This document shows, in pieces, positions 52,079-63,339 of a stretch of 64,000 bases of DNA. The DNA is taken from assembly GCA_964016885.1 (NCBI GenBank), contig OZ024742.1:225804001-225868000 (forward strand), written 5' to 3'. Every line of letters begins with the position of its first letter. The stretch's first letter is position 1. The notes under the pieces were generated by a model, which was given only the letters and a program-made list of their open reading frames with translations, was not told where the DNA came from and did no database searches. This stretch comes from Eledone cirrhosa. Lineage: Eukaryota. Position numbers and translations under genes: made by a program.

Positions 52079-52185
52079 ATAGTGAAAGACTGAAGAATAA
52101 CATGGTCGGCTGTACAAAAAGGATTTATTTACAGTATTAACCCTTTTTGTACAGCCGACCATGTTATTCTTCACTCTTTCACTAT
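52079..52185. repeat. 44-bp near-perfect inverted repeat with 19-nt loop
   Basis: 52079-52122 pairs with 52142-52185, with one mismatch. Confidence 0.93.
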
Positions 52186-52415
52186 TATTACTCCAAGAAC
52201 TACCCACATGGCAATTCTCTTAAACTTGCCACCTAACTCAGGAAACTTCTTGTTGAGTCAAACAATCCATAGTACAGAGTACTCACAACCTCTAATTGGA
52301 TTAGCTTAAACAATACATTGTTATCCTATATATATATATATATATAGTTATGTAATAAACAACATAAGACAATTATTCCATTTACCAAAGGTTTCACGAA
52401 GACAGACGAGTTCGA

Positions 52416-54208
52416 CACCTTCGGCGCCCAGGTCTCACTACCATGTAACATTGTTGTTCGGATACACGCATCATACAGTCTGCCTTTCATTCTGAGGGAG
52501 AAGCCTTTTGCAGCTAGCAGTGGTAGTAGTTCCCTAAACTTCTTCCATCCCGTTCTTACCCTAGTTATTGTACTTTCTGAACACCCACCTCCGCTGCTAA
52601 TTCGGTCACCTCGGTAGCAGAAGCTGTCTACTGTTTCTACAGAGCCCTCCCAGAGATTGGTGGTACTTGTTTCCTGTGGCTGTTTGCTGCTTGCTGTCTC
52701 AGCACAGCTGCTGCATGTGAAGCCTACATTCTTAATTAAGCTTTCTGAAATCCCGCTACATCTCTTGTGTTCCCATTGTTTGCATTTGGGGCAGAGAATG
52801 GAGTTCCTACCTACACCTTTCCTACATACTGAGCAAGGCCATTTCCCTGAGGGGATCTGGGTTCTGTTTTCTCGTCTACTTACAAGGACCTTAGTCTTTG
52901 TCATGTTGACTTTGAGACCCTTTCTTTCTAGTCCCTGCTTCCAAGTTTGGAATTTATTCTCTAGTTCTACCATAGATTCAGCTATGAGTGCGAGGTCATC
53001 AGCATACAGGAGTTCCCATGGGCATCCGGTCTTAAACTCCTCCGTTATTGCCTGCAGGACTATGATGAACAGGAGGGGCTTAAGAACAGAGCCCTGGTGG
53101 ACCCCAACCTGTACGCTAAATTCCTCGCGATACTCATTGCTAATCCTAACTTTGCTGACTGCTCCCCTATACATGGCTTGTACAGCTTTCACAAGCCATT
53201 CATCTACTCCTAGTTTTCTAAGAGCCCACCAGATTACAGCACGTGGAACTCTGTCAAAGGCTTTCTCAAGGTCGACAAATGCCAAGTAGAGGGGCTTACT
53301 TTTAGCTAGGTACTTTTCCTGTAACTGCCTCACAAGGAAGAGGGCATCAGTGGTGCCTCTTCCTGGTACAAACCCAAATTGCATCTCGTCTATTTTCACC
53401 CGGTCCCTAATCAACTGTGCTATAACTCTTTCTGTTACTTTCATGACCTGGTCCATCAGCTTCATACCTCTATAGTTTCCTCTATCTAGTGCATCGCCTT
53501 TACCTTTGTAGCAGTTGACAATGATGCTACTGCACCAATCTTTTGGTATGACACCTTCTAGTATTACCTGGTTAACAATACGTGTGGTTATAGTGTGACC
53601 TACAGACCCAGATGCCTTCAGCATCTCGGCAGCTATACCCGATGGACCGGTTGCCTTCCCCATCTTCATATCTCTGATTGCCTTACTTACTACGTTGCTG
53701 CTGACTTGTACTGCTGGCCCCTCTATAGGGTCTACTTGGGGTAGGGTCTCTTCTTCCCATGCATTCTCCTCATTTAGTAATCTATCATAATGACTCTTCC
53801 ATGCATCTTTCTTCTCAGCACTTGTGAGGGCAAGCTCAGCTTTATCATTCCGGATACACTTCTCTCCAATGACATCACAACTATCTCTGACACACTGCCT
53901 CGCAATCTTGAATACCTCCTGTTTCTGGTCCTCACGTTGCAAAACATGCTTGAATTTTCTATCCTCTGCTTCCCTCCTAGCTAAGTATACTTGTCGCCTA
54001 GCTTCCCTCTTGGTCTCTATGTAATGTACCCTGCTCCCCCCGTTCTTCCATTCTTTCCATGCCTATCTCTTGGCCTTAACTGCTTCATCTACCTTATTGT
54101 TCCACCACCAAGTCACTCTCCTCCAGTCACAGACCTCATCCGTCGCCTCTAGTAAATTATTTTTTAGGAACTCCCAGTTCTCTTCTACATTAAATGTCTC
54201 TATCTGTT
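52416..54208 (-). mobile_element. RTE LINE, 5' portion (long open RT frame), broken at WAPKV
   Basis: 538-aa ORF with FVDLEKAFD, GVHQGS and LLYADDL; ends abruptly at 52416. Confidence 0.93.
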
Positions 54209-54253
54209 CTGTGTATATTCTTACATTTATACATGTGTATATATGTGTGTGTA

Positions 54254-54289
<36 letters not shown>

Positions 54290-54357
54290 CAATTGTATGT
54301 ATATGTGAGTATATGTATATATGTGTGAGTTTGCATGAGTGCGTATATATGTATGTA

Positions 54358-54439
<82 letters not shown>

Positions 54440-54557
54440 TATATGCAAAAGTTCTATTTAAACTGTTGGGATACAACAAGCAAATATTTTTATAACTGAT
54501 ATAAAGCACTCGACAAGTATTTGGAGTAGATATACGATATTAACAAATGGAAACTAT

Positions 54558-54662
54558 ATTTATAAAACCATATTTATTTCATTATACATATTTCAAGGAT
54601 ACCAAGTTAAATTATGGTATGCCTTCATCAGACAAAATACAATATATACCAGTTTTATAAAT
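54558..54662 (-). ncRNA. Type I hammerhead ribozyme (inverted pLTR copy)
   Basis: Reverse complement of the ribozyme at 57300-57405. Confidence 0.8.
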
Positions 54663-55920
54663 AAACATTGACGTTCCCTTTCAAAATGCAACCGTTACTT
54701 TTGGAAGACATCAGGATAGTGGTTTGTTTATTTTAGTAAGTCGTTGTGTTAAGGAGAAGTAAAAAGACGGAGAGAGAGAGAAACGTGGAGAAAAGAAAGG
54801 GAGAGATAAATAAAGAAAAAGAAGAAAGAAAAAAGAAAAAAAGAAAACAGAGGAAACCACCGAGAGATATCAAACCACGAGACAGAGAGAAAAAATCAAG
54901 AGAGATGAAAAAGCGCATTATTACAACGAAGCGTTAGGTAGAGCTGTGTATAGAAATAAAATTAAATACATCGATAATAATAATAATATACAAACTAACC
55001 AAAATAATAACAACTTTAATTATGGTAACAATTTTAACAACTATAATAGAAAACATTACAATAATTCCGAAAGCCGAAAAAGAAATAGAACTAGGAATAT
55101 ATTATGGTTCGTTCCTCCTTTCTCACTAAATATTAAAACCACTATTGCTAAACTATTCTTTAAAGCTCTTGACAAACGCTTTCCTAGAACACATAGATAT
55201 TACTCAATTTTTAATAGACATACTATAAAATTAACTTACTCTTCCACCAAAAATTTAACGCAAATATTAATAGAATTAATAATAGAAATTTAAAACCTAA
55301 CCAAAATACCAATAATAACACAAGCAATATTCAATCGAATAATTGTAACTGTAGAAATAAATCCAACTGTCCGTTAAATAACAACTGCTTAGCTAAAAAT
55401 GTAGTTTATAATTGTAATGTTAAAACTAATTTAAATTCATTTAATTATGTCGGTTCTACCTCTACAGAATTTAAATCCCGCTTCAATAATCATAAAAATT
55501 CTTTTACAGATCCAAACAAAAAATCTTCAACTTCGCTATCTAGCCTATTATGAGACCTAAAACGAGATAATGTTGAATATTCGCTGATTTGGAATATTAT
55601 TTCAAAAGCTACTCCTTTTAATTCCTCTTCAGAAAATTGCGATCTTTGTATAGAGGAAATATTCTTTATATTAAAGACCAAAAATTCCCTTAATTTAAGG
55701 AATAATTTATTCAGTTGCTGCAGACATAGATTGAACTCAACGTTTAAATATAAATATAAATTTAAAATGTAGTATAATTAATTAAGTAATTTGGTTAATA
55801 TATGAAACCTGTCGATAAATCATTAGATTCCTTCACCTTTTTCATTTTCTTTGGTTAAGTACTCAAGTATAAATAAATTTTCTTCCTAAATATAAATATA
55901 AATATAATAAACTATTCTAG

Positions 55921-56310
55921 AAAAGTTTATCCTTTCAATATCTTGAGTAAAATATACGTAAGATAAATTTATATACTAAATATATTAAACATATTATTTT
56001 AACTTAAAATATTCTATAATATTTTAAAATATTTTAATATTTTGATATTTGTAGAATTCTTGTTTTTTTTAAGTTATATTGATATAATATTTTATTTATT
56101 TTTTATTAGGTTTGTTTTTATTCTGATAGCTTCTCATAATTTTCAAAAGTTTATCCTTTCAATATCTTGATTAAAATATACGTAAGATAAATTTCTATAT
56201 TAAATCTATTAAACATATTATTTTAACTTAAAATATTCTATAATATTTTAAAATATTTTAATGTTTTGATATTTGTAGAATTCTTTTGTTTTTAAGTTAT
56301 ATTGATATAT
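55921..56310 (+). repeat. ~165-bp direct duplication (period ~225 bp) in the PLE1 3'UTR
   Basis: aaaagtttatcctttcaatatcttga starts at 55921 and 56146. Confidence 0.9.
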
Positions 56311-57299
56311 AATCCTTTTGTATTTTATATACTCAATTGTACTATGTAATATATTGATGTATACTTATCTCTATACGACTATGTATGTATATATGTGTAT
56401 TAACATACATATACATGCGTTATATGCTTTTTTATGAGTATATGTCTGTCTATATATATGCATGAGTGACGCGTGTCTACCAATTGGGTGAAGATGCACA
56501 CACATATTTATATATGTATATCTAAGAATTGTGTGTGTACATGTACATGGTTACCCATGCAGTTTTGATTGCAGATATGCATAATTTAACAGCCATAAAT
56601 GCATGAAAGTTAATCCTATATATTTATATATATATACTAAAAAATTTTATTTAATAACACAAGGAATGTATAGCAGTAATAAAAAAAATCACTTATGCTT
56701 TGTATGTATATATTATATGCGGGAGTAGATATAATGTGTATTTTCTGAGTGTGTGTGTGTATATATATATTTATGTATCTTTGCCTATATGTACGTGCTA
56801 TATGATAGGTAATTTCTCTAGCAATATATATATTTTGTAATGTTTAAATTCCAATTTTTAATATATTGATCTCAATTTTTAAACTAAATATCTAATCATA
56901 ATTAAACAATGATTAATTTCTCATATTATATATGTATATTCCATTCATGAATAGTAATATTTCTAATTTTATTTATTCATTTCATCTCAATTATTAACTC
57001 AACTTAATATGACATGACTTAAGGTTTTCGTTCTCTCCCCCTCTCTCTATCTCTATATTTCTCTCTCTTGATTTTTTCTCTCTCTCTCTGGTGGTTTGAT
57101 ATCTCTCGGTGGTTTCCTGTTTTCTTTTTTTCTTTTTTCTTCTTTTTCTTTATTTATCTCTCCCTTTCTTTTCTCCACGTTTCTCTCTCTCTCCGTCTTT
57201 TTACTTCTCCTTAACACAACGACTTACTAAAATAAACAAACCACTATCCTGATGTCTTCCAAAAGTAACGGTTGCATTTTGAAAGGGTACGTCAATGTT

Positions 57300-57405
57300 T
57301 ATTTATAAAACTGGTATATATTGTATTTTGTCTGATGAAGGCATACCATAATTTAACTTGGTATCCTTGAAATATGTATAATGAAATAAATATGGTTTTA
57401 TAAAT
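57300..57405 (+). ncRNA. Type I hammerhead ribozyme in the PLE1 3' pLTR
   Basis: tattttgt-CTGATGA(57332)-AGGCATACCA..TGGTATCCTT-GAAA-tatgtaT-A-atgaaata; distal stem I tttataaaac/gttttataaa. Confidence 0.82.
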
Positions 57406-57971
57406 ATAGTTTCCATTTGTTAATATCGTATATGCATATATATATGTATGTTATGTGTACATGTGTGCGCGTATGTTTGTATGTATGTCCTTGTACGTAT
57501 ATATATATATATATATATATATGTTTATAGGTATGTAAGTATATATACATATGTATCTATATGTGAGTGTATATTTAAATATGTGTGTTTGCGTGAGCCT
57601 GTATATATGTGTGTGTGTATATAGCATGCAGGGAAAAGTGGACGTAAAGTGATGATGATGATGATGATGATCATTATGTAATTTTTTTATTTTTTAATTT
57701 TTAATTTTTTTGATTTTTGTTTTTGTCCATCATTGTGTTTATGTATACGTTGCGTGTACGTGCAAAAGTGCATTTATTTTTATTTTTATTTTTATTTATA
57801 AAATGTTCTTGCTTTCCTGCTTATTTAGCTACTGAACCATGATTTGTGATTGTATCTTTTATATGTGTGCATATGTATGTGAGTGTATGCATGTGTATGT
57901 ACATATGTATATGTGTATATATGTATATGTGTATGTGTATTCATATTCATGTGTGTGTGCGGGTGTGTATG

Positions 57972-58002
<31 letters not shown>

Positions 58003-58209
58003 GTATATATATATATATATATATAAATGTGTATATATGTTTATGAGTATGTATGTATACGCGTGTGTATATGTACGTGTGTATGTATGTATGTATGTAT
58101 ATATATATATATATATGTGTGTGTATGTATATATGTGTATATGTATGTGTGTTTATGTGTATGTGTGTGAGTAGATGCTTATATATGTATGTGTATATTT
58201 GTGTATATA

Positions 58210-59098
58210 TAGACAGCTTCTGCTACCTAGGTGACCGAATTAGCAGCGAAGGTGGGTGTTCAGAAAGTACAATAACTAGGGTAAGAACGGGATGGAAGAA
58301 GTTCAGGGAACTACTGCCACTGCTAGTTGCAAAAGGCTTCTCCCTCAAAGTGAAAGGCAGACTGTATGATGTGTGTATCCGAACAGCAATGTTACATGGT
58401 AGTGAGACCTGGGCGCCGAAGGTGGAAGACTTACGTAGATTAGAGAGAAACGAAGCCTGCATGCTCCGATGGATGTGTAATAGTAATATACGTGAACGAC
58501 AAAGCATAAATGAATTGAGAGAGAGACTGAGCATAAGAGGAATCAAATGCTGTGTGCAGGAGAGGCGGTTGCGCTGGTATGGACATGTGATGCGTATGAA
58601 GGATGACAGCTGCATAAAAAGGTGCAGAGCACTAGAAGTTGATGGAAACCGCGGAGTGGGGAGACCCAAGATGACCTGGGATGAGGTGATAAAAGCCGAC
58701 CTTACCCAATTACACCTCTCAAAAGCAATGACACACGACCGTGACCTCTGGCGTCACGCAGTAATACAGAGTACCCGACCTCCCATGGGTACAAGCTGAA
58801 GCATATAGACAATATGCCCCCACACCTCCCACCACAAGGTGGTCGTGGAGGTGCCACGGCAAAAAAGCACCCAGCCCACACTGTAAAGTGGACGTGTAGG
58901 CGCCACGAAAAAGCACCCAGCACTCACTGTAAATGAGGTTGGTGTTAGGAAGGGCATCCAGCTGTAGAAATCAAGCCAAATCAGTTCCTGTATGAGCAAG
59001 GCATGGTCAGCCAACCAGACACTGCCCACAACAGGACAACCCGTCTAACCCATGCTAGCGTGGAAGAATGGACGTAAAACGGTGATGATGATGATGAT
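58210..59098 (+). mobile_element. RTE LINE, 3' portion (partner of 52416-54208)
   Basis: Shares subfamily markers (ESTITRVR, WAPKV); 3'UTR and (GAT)n tail. Confidence 0.92.
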
Positions 59099-59148
59099 AC
59101 ACACACACAAACATATATAAACAAAAACATACACACTTATATACTCAT

Positions 59149-59337
59149 GCCAGGAATTGCCAGTTGAAGGAAGACATGGTAGAGGTAGACCACGAAAAAC
59201 ATGGGCGGAGGTGGTGAGAACAGACCTCAGATCATTGAAGCTCACGGTGGAGATGACGAGGGACCGTGACGAGTGGAGAGATGCTGTGCTGAATAAGACC
59301 CGTCCCACCCTTGCAAGCAGGGAAAAGCGGACGTAAA

Positions 59338-59368
<31 letters not shown>
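59149..59368 (+). mobile_element. Short 3' fragment of a different RTE family (almost no 3'UTR)
   Basis: GRGRPRKTWAEVVRTDL..RDEWR..REKRT* directly followed by (GAT)n. Confidence 0.85.
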
Positions 59369-59369
<1 letters not shown>

Positions 59370-59569
59370 ATATATACGTTTACATAGACATGTAGAAACT
59401 TACACACATACATATGACTAACCATGTACATTTACACAAAATATGCAAGAATATGCACGTAATTATAAATAAATACATACAAAAGTGCATACATACATAA
59501 ACATATTCATACATATCTATGAATATATTATCTGAAATATAGAAATAGGCTGCCCATAAATAAAATAAT

Positions 59570-59684
59570 TGTTTCTACTTTTGGCACAAGGCCAGCAATT
59601 ACCCAATGCATTACTGGTACTTTATTCTATCGACTTCGGAAGGATGAAAGGCAAAGTTAACCTCGGCGGGATTTGAACTCAGAT
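59570..59684 (-). mobile_element. 5'-truncated Deu/Nin-like SINE with 15-bp TSD
   Basis: TSD CATAAATAAAATAAT at 59555-59569 and 59685-59699. Confidence 0.88.
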
Positions 59685-60794
59685 CATAAATAAAATAATG
59701 AAATATAAGGGTGTATGTAGAAAGAGTATAACTAATAGGTAGAAAGAAAAAGGGATAAGGGTAGTGAGAGGGTATGACAAAGGATATGTGAATAAAGTGA
59801 ATATGTGAGTGTTATTAGTTAAAGGTTAAAAAAGGGGAGAAGTGTTCAGGGTCTCTGAAACGTTAAGAAGGGTGGACAGAAAGAAGGTGGTTGGTGTGTA
59901 TGTGTTAAAAGTATGAGAAAAAGGGCAGTGGGGGGGGGGGGGGGTGTAATTTAAATAAATAAGTGGGAGTTAATTGTGTATAATGGTTGTGGTAAAATGT
60001 ATGTGTTCATAAAGAGATCTGGGTAGTGAGTGGAAGAGTTAATTTGTAAAAAGAGGAAGTTCAGGGTGGTTGAGTGTTCGTAGGTATATTATACCAGCTG
60101 GAAAGGAGATGTGATTTCAGGTGTGGACAACTTCTGAAGATCTCAGTTTTAGAATTGAGGCAAGTAGTAGCAGCTTTCAATTTTGTAGTTTTCTGTACTT
60201 TTCGATTATACACAAAGAATATTTCTTTGTGCCTTTCTGGTATTCTTTCGAGTAGTCTAAAATGGACCAATCAATCAAGTATGGAATCTTGCGTTCTTTT
60301 AACTCCCACACTTTATTAGCCAGCACTGTAGATATTCTTTTTTCTGGGTGTTTGAAGGAAGCGACATGTGCATAATACCTGACTTTAATCTATCTTGTGT
60401 CATGCCCACATATCGCTCACTCCTGGCTGGTTGGTTCTTCACAATGGGTGTCATACTTTTAACACTTACACACCGACCACCTTCTTTCTGTCCACCCTTC
60501 TTAATCTTTTAGAGACCCTGAACACTTCTCCCCCTTTTTAACCTTTAACCTTAACTTTATCTACAACCAATAACGCTCACATATTCACTTTATTCACATA
60601 TCCTTTGTCATACCCTCTCACTACCCTTATCCCTTTTTCTTTCTACCTATTAGTTATACTCTTTCTACATACACCCTTACATTTCATTATTTTATTTACG
60701 GGGACCCTATTTCTATATTTCAGATAATATATTCATAGATATGTATGAATATATGTTTATGTATGTATGCACTTTTGTATGTATTTATTTATAA

Positions 60795-61962
60795 CTAGCA
60801 GTGTATCCCAGCGTTGCACGGGTAAGAACATTGGTAATAGCACCTCAATGAAAAATGTTTATTTGTGAGTGCCTGTTAAAAACTCATAAAAATATACTCA
60901 CAGGAAACTTGTTTTATTTGGAGAAAATTAAGAAGTTGAAAGTACAGTTTAGCTGTCTACGTGCATTGTTCATAGAAATATTGTTGAGCCCCTTTTCATA
61001 CTCCTCTGTTTTGGCCTTTTGGAGTAAATGTGAAAGAGAAATTCACAGGTTAAGTTGGCAGAAGGTTCCAGTGTCATAGCAGTAAGGCGTAGGCTACTTG
61101 CCTCAGAAGTTCATTCGCACTCTTTCCACTAAGTTACTCTTTCTCTCTATCCCTCTTGATGCAGTCCCTTGTGGATTTCTCGCGTAGGTCTGGTGTAGAT
61201 TTACACCCGATCCATCTGCCCGATGCACATGTCCGCTTTTTACGGCTTTTGGAGGAAGGAGTGACCAGCAGTACGTTGTTCGGTATTATTACGAAAAGGT
61301 GTAGCAGAGAATCCCGCGTGAACTAACAGCTCGGGAGGAAACTGCTTACCTCGAAGATTCATTCGCCATCGTTCTTGTCAACGCTCTGTTTAGTTGGTAT
61401 TTGTTGGTCTACAGTTAGATGAATGGCGCACAAAGGGTTAATGTTTATTGGCAAGAAGTGGCAACTGGGCTGGCTTGCCTCGCTTATATTATATATTAAA
61501 ATAACAGATTAAAGTTTAAGCAAAGAATCGCTGCTTTCACTCTTAACGGGATCTTCTGAAACTAAAAAAATCAATCTGTGAATGCAGAAGTAAATATTTC
61601 GAAAAACGTTGCAACCGAAGGAAAACAGGAAGATGATACTTTGGTTCGTGAAGACGTTCCCTGGCAATGAACGGAAAATAGCGAACATAATACATCATCA
61701 ATGTTTGTCATAATGTCGTAATGCAGACAGCCATACATACAGACAGATATTATAAGGGCGCGACGGAGATCGATAAGCAGCGCCTAACACCCCTTTAACA
61801 ACAGAAAATTGAAAATTAAAAGCTGCAGTTAATATCTTTAAACCGCAAGGAATATATAAATACAAGTTTGAACTCAATCGGAGTAGAAATGTGGATTTGT
61901 ATAGACTTTGCAAAAATGAGGAGACACATACAGACAACTACAGTTTTATATATATGTATAGA
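60795..61962 (-). mobile_element. Non-autonomous Helitron
   Basis: Minus strand: 5' TC, 3' hairpin cccgtgcaacgctggg plus CTAG. Inserted at A|T with no TSD; the empty site is visible in the other arm at ~59455-59478. Confidence 0.88.
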
Positions 61963-62794
61963 TTGCGTGTGTATTCTTGCATATTTTGTGTAAATGTACA
62001 TGGTTAGTCATATGTATGTGTGTAAGTTTCTACATGTCTGTGTACACGTATATATATATGAATATATATGTGTATGTTTTTGTTTATATATGTTTGTGTC
62101 TGTGAGTGTATTCTTACATTTATACATGTGTATATGTGTGTGTGTATGTATGTATGTGTGCGTGTGTATATATATATATACAGATATTACGTGTATATAT
62201 ATATATATACAGATATTACGTGTATATATATATATATATTTGTGGGTATGTATACTCTTTTACTCTTTTACCTGTTTCAGCCATCCGGCTGAGGCCATGT
62301 ATATATATATATATATATATATACAATTGTATGTATATGTGAGTGTATGTATGTATATATACATATGTATATATACATATGAATATGTGAGTGTATATTT
62401 ATGTGTGTGTGTTTGCATGAGCCTGTATATATGTGTTATATATATATATATAATTCTGTTTACCCCTCTTATATAATTTTTTAATTTGGGTGTATTTTGT
62501 TAGAGATGCCTACTGGCTGTAGTAGGTTTTACTATGTATTTAGGTAAGGCGGGTCTTCTCTGTGTTTATGTATACATTGCGTGTGCGGGCGAACGTGCAT
62601 TTAATTTTATTTTTATTTTAAAAATGTTCTTGCTTTCCTGCTTATTTAGCTACTGAACCGTGATTCGTGATTGTATCTTTTATATGTGTGCATATGTATG
62701 TGAGTGTATGCGTGTGTATGTACATATGTATGTGTGTATATATAAGTATGTGTAAGTGTATTCATATACATGTGTGTTTGTGCGTGTGTGTATG

Positions 62795-62836
<42 letters not shown>

Positions 62837-63070
62837 ATATATTTAGAAACACACAGATACATGCGGACACACACATATACATGAATGCATCCGCACCCAA
62901 CCGTGAGTTAAGGGTGCCAACTTCACCGATGTTGCTCAATGAATGACTGGGACAGACCAATTCAGTTGAACTAGACTGAACCAGTATCAGAGTTAAAAAT
63001 ACATTATGAAGAGAGAAGAAACATTTAGATATAATTAGTAATAAAATGTATCATACCTAAACTGCTCCTA

Positions 63071-63166
63071 GATTCCTCGACTACGTAGTTTCGTGGCATA
63101 AACAAAAACAATACATCATAAAGATATAGAGTCCTTGCGAGGTCTGCTGACTTATCAAGAGGATAC
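63071..63166 (-). ncRNA. Candidate type I hammerhead with U3-A8 core variant
   Basis: Minus strand: tcctc-TTGATAA-GT..AC-GAAAC-tacgta-GTC-gagga. Palindromic stem III, GUC triplet, long imperfect stem II. Confidence 0.6.
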
Positions 63167-63339
63167 CTCATTTTACTAGTCTCAAGAACGCGTCTACACG
63201 ACGTGAGAAAGAATCCCAAAAGGCGAAGGGGGAGATAGTCACGCGATATAACGGTCGAGAAACAGAGCTAAGCCTCTTATAACCCCGAAGATATATATGT
63301 ATATATATATGTGTGTGTATATATATATATATATATAAA

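Larger units (their letters stand above)
54447..57433 (+). mobile_element. Penelope-like element 1 (5'-truncated; RT thumb, linker, GIY-YIG at ~54910-55772; inverted upstream pLTR)
   Basis: ILWFVPPFS, CNCRNKSNCPLNNNC, NVVY..YVGST..FKSRFNNHK, CDLC..CCRH. ~375-bp inverted repeats (~54531-54905 vs ~57062-57433); flanked by (TA)n-rich sequence. Resembles Naiad-type PLEs (recall). Confidence 0.88.
59099..62104 (-). mobile_element. Penelope-like element 2: GIY-YIG remnant (60061-60450, minus) with 3'UTR (59099-59916) and an inverted copy of that UTR (60451-62104, continuing to ~63700)
   Basis: The minus strand reads YVGMT..RYYAHVASFKHPEKRISTVLANKVWELKE..WSIL..LCIIEK..LNSKTEIFRSCPH. The arms are reverse complements once nested insertions are removed. 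Confidence 0.8.

Noticed and set aside
52347-52415. Minus-strand GAAACC-TTT-GGTA resembling the 3' half of a hammerhead next to (TA)n
   Set aside because: No CUGANGA half exists at either inversion breakpoint; the match is too short to call.
54746-54937. Lys/Glu/Arg-rich ORF as the next HYDIN coiled-coil exon
   Set aside because: It is the reverse complement of the CT-rich PLE1 pLTR (~57060-57220) and lacks convincing splice sites.
55551-55553. In-frame TGA in the PLE1 GIY-YIG domain as possible selenocysteine (reported for some Naiad-type PLEs)
   Set aside because: It aligns to the conserved Trp (LSSLL*DLK vs LANKVWELK in PLE2), not a Cys, so a TGG-to-TGA nonsense change is simpler. The element also has a frameshift.
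57839-58209. YI/CV/HT-rich ORFs here and at 1813-1914, 3684-3740, 54227-54495 and 61994-62960
   Set aside because: These are translations of (TA)n, (TG)n and (CA)n tracts, not genes.
52416-59098. Twin-priming (5' inversion during retrotransposition) as the cause of the split RTE
   Set aside because: Host flanking DNA (54209-58209) is inverted together with the RTE 5' part, and the original 5' junction is preserved. This points to a genomic inversion after insertion.
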